From Podarcis pityusensis (taxonomy: Eukaryota): 64,000 nt of DNA. The stretch is taken from the NCBI GenBank assembly GCA_964106645.2, contig OZ067038.1. One strand, written 5' to 3'. Below the pieces are notes generated by a model, which saw only the letters and a list, made by a program, of their open reading frames with translations, was not told the DNA's origin and ran no database searches. Shown piece by piece: positions 51,301-61,500 of the stretch. The position numbers and the translations under genes were made by a program. Positions within the stretch are counted from its first letter, which is position 1. Each line of letters opens with the position of its first letter.

Positions 51301-54300
51301 AAATTCACCCTCACTAGGGTGATTTTGCCTGATTTTAGTGGGAGGAGCTACTCACTGCAAAATTGGTAAAATACGCCTAATTGTCTCACATAAATTTAAG
51401 ATGTAGATTTCTATACAGTTTTTTTGTGTGTGACTGCAGACAACACAGAAATGTATTACATATTACACATGCAAGAACACATGTGCTTACCTGGTTAGGA
51501 AGGTTTTCCTTGAAAGTTCTGAGAGCAATATCAAGAGCAAGTTTCAACCATATTTTATATTCTAGGGAGGGGGGTTCCAAAAACTTATCAAAAGCTTCTA
51601 GCAAATCATCTATAGAGATAAAACATGTCTGAAAAAATAAAGCAAGAAAATGAGAAATGATAACCTTTAATCAAAGCAACGGTGTTTGCATATTTCCAAA
51701 CATTTTGAGTGCCACATTCTAAGAAAGAAGATAAATTCTGCACAATTAAAATTCTTGTTACATTTCATTTAAATTATATATTCCTAGGAGGAAAGAGACA
51801 TTTCTGTATTTAAATTAAATTTCTTAAGAATTATCGCACAAGAGAAAAGTTGCTGCTTTAAACCATACCCTTCTGGGGCCAATTTGAACATTATAGCAAT
51901 GGGACAATTGTTTCTGCTGTCAGGATTCCTCTTGGTAGTTGGGATCCAAAGGCTAACAAAAATGTTAGGCATGCCCAGTGAGGATATTGCTACGTCTCCT
52001 CAATTTCAAAAGCAATTTGCCTCCTAGAATAGAGGGTCACTGTGTAGGAAACCCAAACACCTCTTTGATGAATGGAGGTAGCTGTGTGATTCTTTGGATC
52101 CCAGCAGCAATAACCTCTGGATACAGCTGCACTCGGGCATTGTGGGACTATCAAGATGGTGGGTGGCTTGCAGGCAGGTGCTATAGTAGATCAAATCACT
52201 GCTGCTGTCGCTGCAGTGCTGCCACCACTGAAGGTAAGGTCCTGAATCACTATTGCTATTCTCCACAGCATAATTTCCAGTGTTTCCAATCCTTTCCTTT
52301 TGTCTATTAACTGTACATAGTTACATTACTTATGTTTATGCTCCAAATCCTTCCTTTCTGCTAAAAAGAAAAATACATTGCCTGGTAATTTCTGCTTCTA
52401 TGTACAATACACTTTGCTTTTGCAGATGCTTTTAATGGCTGCTTTCATACAGCTCTGTTACTTCACTAGAAACCTCTTCTGATTAAATGCAGGATTCTCA
52501 GGTTGATTGCTGCGATTTTCAAGATCTTCCACTCTTGTATACAGTTCTAATTTGACTCGGTTCAAAGTTTTTATTGTTTTAAGCCTAAATTCAAAATTTC
52601 ATTAGCTGCTTTTGCTGTTATGTCCATTTCCCCAACTTTCATGTCAGTAGGGATAACCAAGTGGCACCCTCCAGATGTTGTACCATAATTCCCATCATTC
52701 CTTTAACTCTGGTAATTATCACCATGTGGAGAAAGAGATGTTTCTCTCTCATATTACTAGGGGATCATCCAATTAAACGGAATGTTGGAAGATTCACGAC
52801 AGAAAATTGGAAATGCTACTTTGCAAAGCACATAGAAAAATTTATGGAATTTGCTACTACAAGATGTAGTGATGGCAATCCACTTGCACTGCTTTAATAG
52901 GGGATTACATAAACTCATGGAGAATAAGGTTGTCACTGTCAGCTAATCCATTATTACCCCCAGTGTCAGATGCAATACACCTTTGAGTAATAGTTGCTGG
53001 AAATCAAGAGCATGAAAGTACTATTGTCCTCATGTCCTCCTAGTGGGCTTCCCATAGTCATCTGGTTGGCCACAGTGAGAAGTGAATGCTGGTTATGTTC
53101 TCATGTTCTAAGACGAAATTTGTAAGAATTCCCAAATTCAAAACTGGATTAAAATGTAAAAAACCAGGTTTCACTAATACACAGAATTTCACTTCCACTC
53201 TAGTTTAAATCTATTGCCAATTATTAAGCAAAATGAATTTCATGTAACATATTGGAAAGCAGAATTCTCCAACCTGCACAGCAGTTTCACATGTAACGCT
53301 ATACTCCATTTCTTGCTTCGTCAAACAGTTGAGTTCTCCTATTATAGCCCCAGCAACCAGGTAGTCTGTATAGGAAGTGATTGGAAGACGTGCGCGGATT
53401 TCTTTAAAAGCTTCTTTGCTAACTCCATAACGAGGAATGGAACCAGAAAGCTAGTAAACAATTTTTAAAGGAAGGAAAACAATATTTAATCTCAGATAGA
53501 AAAAAAGTAAGATCTGCTGTAGATCTTTGGCAGCATTCAACTGAATAATTGCACAGGCAAAACGACTTCTATATACCCAATGGGATTTCCCTGCTCTCAC
53601 CCCATGCTGTACCCAGATCTGCTCCAGAGGGCGTGTGGGACACTAGAGCAGAGTTGAGGGGTGAAGGGGATGGGGAGGAGGATGTTACATTGCGCAAGGA
53701 GAAATCCTTACACTGATGGGAAGACTGCCTGAGCGCTACCTGAATTCCACCCTTGTTCCAGTAATAGCTTTCAAAATCTACACTTGCTACATTTTCAGAA
53801 AAGTACAATACTAAGACTGCAATTCTATACATGTTAATGCTGAGGTAAGTCATACTGTGTTCAAAAGGAACTCATTGAAGTTTACTTAAAAATAATAAAT
53901 ACATCTTTATTTCTCTTCTCACACAAATGCAACTACATGTAAATGCTGACCATGTCAAGATTCACATTTCTTGCACTGTTTAAACACATATGTAGATACA
54001 TTGGTAACACCAGCTAGCCATCTCTGAAACATGTTCTGCTTGCTATCAAATGGTGGCTCTCATACTTTTGGCTAAATTCTTTAGCTCCTTCTTATGAAGT
54101 TAGATGGTATTTGCCTTATGTAACATTATATAAGATTGTCCAATTGAAGATCTTGTGCTTAACAGAAGGAACATGACCCTCCTCCAATTCCAAAATTAGG
54201 TTATGCTAGAGCCATAAGACCATCATCATGATGTATCTCTGGACTGCAAAGTGGGAAGATTTGAGCTGAGTCAACTGTTTCTCACATTGCAAGTCTTCCT

Positions 54301-57300
54301 CAGCAGCAGTGATATCTGTACCTCCATAGAGAGTAGTGGGGCTGCCAAAGACTTAAAAAATAGGTAAAATGAAGTCCAACATGGCTGCCCACTATGAATC
54401 AGAGGGGGAGGTGTGACCATTTGGGAGACTTCTGGGTTGGCTGACAGAAAATGTTTGTATTTCCCCTAGTTTCCAGTTGTATTTTAAAAATATGTTGATT
54501 TCCTGTGCATACATGTGCACAATGCACCAAAGCCCTCCAAGTTCTTTGGGCACTGGCCTCCCACACAAAATTTGAAATGGATACTGTGAACAGATGGGCA
54601 TATCTAATTTCCTGACTTTTCTACTGTTTTCCAACTTCTACACCCCAAATTCTGTTCTTTAACGTCAGGCTTTGTATCCATGTACAGAAGGATCTTCCTC
54701 ACTGTCTTTCAGTGAAGTAATTCAGCTCTGCACTTGGGAGATGTTCTGGCTAGGGTGTCTGGTTTTTTTTACTTAGGTGCCTGAGAGATGGAGTTGCACC
54801 CTTTAATCATTTTTTTTTAAAAAAATATCTTAATAGAGCAAGCAAAACTGGTGCATGAGATTTGGCAGGATTCCAACAGAGCACTCAATTATTTTTTTCA
54901 AAATGTTAAAGACCGTGCAAACTTTAAACATAGCTAGCATGAAACACACTGGATCTATATGTCTGAGATCTAGCAGAGTAAATTTTCTTTTAAGGGGCTA
55001 ATACGTCTACAATTTTCATGCACTTATGTGGGGGGGGTTTACCATTTTGGGTTCCCAATGCAAGTCAATGGGGAATGCAAGTTTCAGATTTCTGAATCTT
55101 GATTTGGACTCTGAATCAGGTTGCTGTGAGTCCAAACATATCTGCACCAAACAGGGAAGACTCTTGAGAGTCCCATGCACTGCAAGAAGATCAAATCTAT
55201 CCATTCTGAAGGAAATCAGCCCTGAGTGCTCACTGGAAGGACAGATCCTGAAGCTGAGACTCCAGTACTTTGGCCACCTCATGAGAAGAGAAGACTCCCT
55301 GGAAAAGACCCTGATGTTGGGAAAGATTGAGGGCACAAGGAGAAGGGGACGACAGAGGACGAGATGGTTGGACAGTGTTCTCGAAGCTATCAACATGAGT
55401 TTGACCAAACTGTGGGAGGCAGTGGAAGACAGGAGTGCCTGGCGTGCTCTGGTCCATGGGGTCACGAAGAGTCGGACACGACTAAACGACACTGCCCCAA
55501 ACCAAATCAGAGAGGCCTTCCCCAGCTCTAGCAGATACTCTACTGTCCTGCAAAGGCACGTCGCTCTCTTGTGCACAACTACTGCTAGCAAACTGGAGTG
55601 TTCTTTACTGTTTCCAAACACTACAACCTGTTAAGCAATGATGTACAGTGGTACTCAGGTTAAGAACTTAATTCGTTCCAGAGGTTCGTTCTTAACCTGA
55701 AGCACCACTTTAGCTAATGCAGCCTCCCGCTGCTGCTGCGCCACCGCTGCACAATTTCTGTTCTCATCCTGAAGCAAAGTTCTTAACCCGAGGTACTATT
55801 TCCGGGTTAGCAGAGTCTGTAACCTGAAGTGTCTGTAACCTGAAGTGTCTGTAACCTGAGGTACCACTGTATAAAAAAGAGAATACCTCCTTAAGCACCA
55901 CAGCTGATGGAACTTTTACCACTATTACTGACAATTTCCCTATGGGGTCTGGCAGGCTTGGGATAAGCATATAGTTCACATATAGCTGAATTTCTTAACT
56001 CTTGTCTCACTGGTCTTATTTTATAAAGTTACTACCTACTTGGAATTCCTGAGCATTTAGCAGGCTATAGGTCTAAATAAAAGTACTATCCATTTCAGTA
56101 TCCAGTAATTTGTGTTTTAAATTATGAACCAATTTTATGATGCAACACAAGATCTGAAGAATGTATTTCATGTAATACAGGAATGAACATCATTTTCAGA
56201 GACCATACAAATGATTTAAAACAGATGTGAAATTCTCTCTATGCAGACAATTATAGGCACTGGTGATGACATTAGATACATATGACTAATCACGCTTAAT
56301 GCTTGCTGTTGCCAATTTGCCTTATTAGCACAAGCAATTTGGGCACAGGATGACATTACTTTAATTAATGTAAGCAGCTTGTTCATTTATTGAGTAGGGT
56401 ACATTTGTAGAAGGGTTACTTTATCCGCAAATTAATCATAACCTTCTTTATTATTATAAATTCAGAAAAGCTGAGGAGGAAAAAGACTTCTCCAGGCAAA
56501 GCAAAAAATTAGGTGATTAAAGTCTAAAAGTAATTTACTGTTATTTTACTATTTTTTTCTGCTGAGGTGAACTAAGGTATTTTGTCCTTTTTATCTGAAA
56601 GCTGTATATGAGGGGGAGACGAAATTGCTATCATTACTTAAGCCAAGACATTATGACAATTAGGAGGAGAGGAAAGCAAAAAAGAAAAGCCTGTGAAGAT
56701 TTAATATAAGTTGTGTGCGCGCACGTGTTCCACTTTTTCATGCAATAAACATATGTCGATCACTGTGGTATACTTAAATTAGCATACAAAGACGAGGGAA
56801 CAATTCTGACCATTGTTTAGCCACAATAAAAGATACTTTGAAATATAACAGGATGTTAAGCTCCATATTGACTCTTCTGCTGTTTATATGTCAAAATAGT
56901 TTTTGATATTTTTGAAAAATTATATTTACTAAGAGTGAGATCCAACATGGTGCAAGTGGACAGTCACTCATGCAAGGCACCCACTCGCTTCTCTCTTTCC
57001 CCGTATGCTCCCAAAATCTGCTTCAGAGAACTGTGGGACACTCTGGTACAGATTTTCGGGATGACCAGGAGTGGGGAGGGGAAACACAGAAACTGGAAGT
57101 GCCATTGTGCAAGCAGGTAGACATCACTGGATGTTTCCAAAAATACATGAGTTTTGGAATTGGAAACATAGCAGCTTCAGTATTCTGGGGATTTGAACAG
57201 TTTTTAAAAATCCTATTCAAAGCTATTTCTATTCCTATATGACTGATTTTATTAACAGGAGCAACAGGAAGGGGCAGCTGAGAAAGCCACTAGGTAAAAG

Positions 57301-58529
57301 GTTGAATTACAACATGAAGTATCTGTTCAAGCTCAGAAGAGGCCAGAGGCATCTGTGAAGCTTGTAGGGGCTGGGACAGGGAGCAATATAAAACATATCA
57401 TGAGAATTGGGGCAAAAACTGGAGAAAGAGGGCTGATCAGGCAAAAATGATATTGGGCTCATCTCTGTCTAAATTCATACAACTGTTGTAAGGACACCTC
57501 TATACTGGAAATAAGGAAGCAATCCTATGGCTGCTCAGAGCTCATTGCAAAGAATCAGGACAACTGAAAAGGCTTTGTTCATTGTGTCCAGCCACCGAAC
57601 TTCAATTAGCAGAGGGACGCAGAGCAGGACCTGATGTTCAGTGAAGTGCATGAGAAGGCACATAATGTATGGGGGGAAATGGTTTCCTCAAAGAAACCAA
57701 AACGTAAATGAATTTTAAATAATTCAGGTAGGTGATAAGAGCATGGATCACTGTAGCCAGTTAATGGGTTCATCTACATCAGAGTTAAGATTTGAAGCTG
57801 TTTGTGTTTTTATTTTTTTTAAAAAAAAAAAATTTGCAATGGCCACAAGCCAACCTTCTCATCCAAGTTTCCACATTTCCCCCCTGCTAAATTTGGATTT
57901 TCCCAATCAGCAGATAATCTGATACGGGAATAAAATCCAAAATAAAATTGCACATTATTCAACTGTGGATGCATTGAACCACATTGTATGGATGGGCTTT
58001 TTTTTACATCTGTGGTGGTGACATTTTGCTTAGTGCCTTCTGTTGCCACATCCACTACTTTCATTTTGTTTCCATCACTCCAAAGGAAATGATGGAGCCT
58101 GCCTTTTTCCATCAGTTTGTGGTATTTTTATTTTATAAACAGCTCACTTGCAGAGAAACATTTTTGCACAGCAGCTGCATTTAAATTAAAATAAAATTTG
58201 TCCTTGCCAGTATAGGAGTTGGAAAAGGGAAAGGAGAGGGAAGAAGAAGAGGCCTTTCATGCAAGCGACTACAAATTGCCATGCCAAGAAAGGATGCAAC
58301 ATTCGTGACTGTTTAGTTTAGAGAAATGGAGAGTAAGAGGTGACATGATAAGAGGTTTATAAAATTATGCATGGCATGAATAAAGTGGAAATATATATTT
58401 TTTTAAATGTCCAGTAGCACCTAAGAGACCAACTAAGTTTGTTCTTGGTATGAGTTTTCATGTGTGTGTGCATGCACATGAAAGCTCATACCAAAAACAA
58501 ACTTAGTTGGTCTCTTAGGTGCTACTGGA

Positions 58530-58561
<32 letters not shown>

Positions 58562-61500
58562 TTATTTCTACTGCGTCAGACCGACACGGCTACCTACCTG
58601 AATCTAGAACCATGGATAAAGTGAATAGAGGAAAGTTTTTCTCCCTCTTTCCTAACACGAGAACTTGTGGATATACAATGAAGCTGAATGTTGGAAGACT
58701 CAGGACAGATAAAAGGAAGTACTTCTCCATGCAGTACATAGCTAAACTATGGAACTCACTCCAATAGGCGGCAGAGATAACCACCCAACTGGTTGGCTTT
58801 AAAAAAGAATGAGACAAATTCATGGAGGACAGGGCTACTGATGGCTACTAGTCACGGTGAGCCATGGTGGCTATGCTCTGCCTTCACAGCTGGCGGCAGC
58901 AATGTTTCTGTACACCAGTTGCTGGAAACTGCAGGAGGGGAGAGTGCTCTTGTGCTCAAATCCTGCTTGCTGGCTTCCCACAGGCAATTGTTTGACCACT
59001 GTGAGAACAGGATGCTGTACTACATGTGCTGTCAACCTGATCCAGCAGGCTCTTCTTGTGGTTCTTATGCGTCTGAGAAAAGAAAGGGGAAAACCCTGTT
59101 CTGATTTGTGACTGTGATAGTCCAAAAGGACTCCTAAGAATTGGGACTTTTTACGCATAGCCAACAAGAGAAATAATGTCTGAGGAGCACTTGGAGGGCA
59201 AGGGACATTCACAGTCTCAAATAAATGTACAGGAGCATTTACCTGGCAATTCCTCCCTTTCCCTGTTGGTGACAGCAAGGATACAAAGCTTTATATTTGG
59301 GCAATAGGTGAAAGGAAAATCTTACTCATATGAACGTAGCAACTTGAATATTTCAACCTGTGTGGAATTTCCCTCATGAGGCAAAAGTGGATGTGGACAA
59401 TTGATTTCCCCACATAATCCATTTACAGGTTTATAGGTTGGTGGTGATAGTGACAAAAAGGTGCTATTTATGTTACAGCTGCATAAGCAGATAAAAAAAT
59501 AAGTCATGACCATATATATCCCTATAAAAAGTTAAAGTCAAGAAAAGTGTGCTAAAGACTTGCAGTAAAAAGTTATAAATTATATTTAGTATAATATTCT
59601 CCACCATTGTGATGTCCCTATTTTCTTGCCAGTTATTTATGTTGCTCAGGTATTTTGTCTATAACTATCATTTACCTTTATCATTCCTGATACAATTAAA
59701 TGGATTCCTTGTGGTAATTCACCTTCCTCACATATCATATCTCCATAATCATAATAAAGAATTGTTGCTTTTCTCTGAAAATAGCAAATAAATGAACATG
59801 GTATAGAAAGTATTACAGAGCATAAGACACACAGTACATTATTAAGTATGCCAACAAAATGAGGGGACATAAATATTTTAAGATTTCTTAAGATATTTCT
59901 GAAAACTTACTTTGGGAGGACAGCAAAGGAGTACTATTTACAGCAACATTTTATAATAAGCAGACTGCAGTGTAAGATGTTTTATAGATATATGGCAGAA
60001 AGATAATGGGCAGATAATACCTGAAGAATCAGCAAATATACATTCAATTTATTTAAAAAGTTTTAAATAAACAAATGGAATACTGATTGGCTATCTATTA
60101 TATCTTAGTATAAAAGGTTTAAAAGTATTTTGACTATGTAACATAAAGGTGAGATATGTAAAAGAGACAGTTTAAATGTGCATGGTAGTTTTATGGTGTG
60201 TCTGGAAATGCATAACTTGTAAATGTCATTAATAGTAGTCATTCATTGTGTTTTCCAATCTATAGGAAACTGATAAAAACTTTGCAAATCTACGACAAAG
60301 ATGTTTTGAGAAATGGAAACATAACACTTGAGAGAGACAACAGTATCTGGTTTGAGGCAGTGAAAAATTAACCAACATTTGGGTTCAGAAAGTTAGACAT
60401 CTTGAAATCCTATTCATCATTATTCATTAAAATGTCAAATAACAAATAGATAATTGAAATACAAAGCCTACAAAATGTTCACACTGATTAAAGGTTAAAC
60501 AGAAATACTGACATATTTATATAAGTGAAAAACTCAGGGACAAATTAGACAGTATACACATATGCATAAAAAATTCTAAGCATTTTAAAACAAAACAAAA
60601 AAATCACCAGAAGATTGTCATTTTGATAAGATGAGACATTGGAGAAGGGTGTCATGTTACCCATTCAAAAATCACCCCTCAAAAACAGCTCCCCTTATCC
60701 CAGGGCAAGGTTCCAAACACATAGTCAAACATAGGGAGTAAATAAGAAAATCACACATTCATGAGAGATGGGTGGGGACAGGAGCTCCCAGCACACTGGT
60801 CAGGGTAGGAGATTCCAATGGGAAAAATAGAAAAAGTGGTCATCTCACATGGAGATATTCTATCTTTGTAAGGCCAAGGTATCACAGGAAGTGAGAATGA
60901 AGAAAAAATGATATTTTTTTTTGTTAAAGCAGCAGCAGTTTTCAGAAGATGGGAGGTCAGGTTGTAGAAAGCAATGAACAGGGATGGGTTTTGGAAATAA
61001 ATGTTGGTTGACACACATAATGATGCATTACATTCCTTTGAATCTGAATGTATAAGCTCTCTCTGTGTACAATCTGACTGCACCGGACAAATGAAAAATA
61101 TTACACATTAAAATCAAAGAGTAGTAATTGTGCAATAAGAGTAAAAAGAGTGGGCTGACGAGCCTTGGATTCTGAGATAACAGATCATATTCAGATGACA
61201 AATTCAATGCACGGATGCAAGGCTGGCTGGCCAGTCGGCCAGGTAGCTCCTGATGAGTGGAGCAGGATCGGAAATCTCCCATGGAATGAAGGATCTACAT
61301 TCTTGGGGCCTTGTATAAATAAGACACAGACTATTTTTAAGCATAGAAATATGTTTTACGACAATGCTTACCTGAATGTATTCTACCTGTTTTTTGTCAT
61401 TCTGTAGCCAAATGACATTACGCAGAAGTTCTTGTGCAGTAGGAGGTGCAATTGTAGATGGAAGTGTTGCAAGCTGTTGTTTTTTAATTAGAATCATCTA

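Noticed and set aside
55016-55634. Longest ORFs in the track (202 aa on +, 201 aa on -)
   Set aside because: Their core is the BovB RT C-terminal fragment and its antisense frame, padded by non-coding flanks; not host genes.
55815-55860. Tandem gtctgtaacctgaa repeats
   Set aside because: Internal sub-terminal repeats of the mariner-type MITE.
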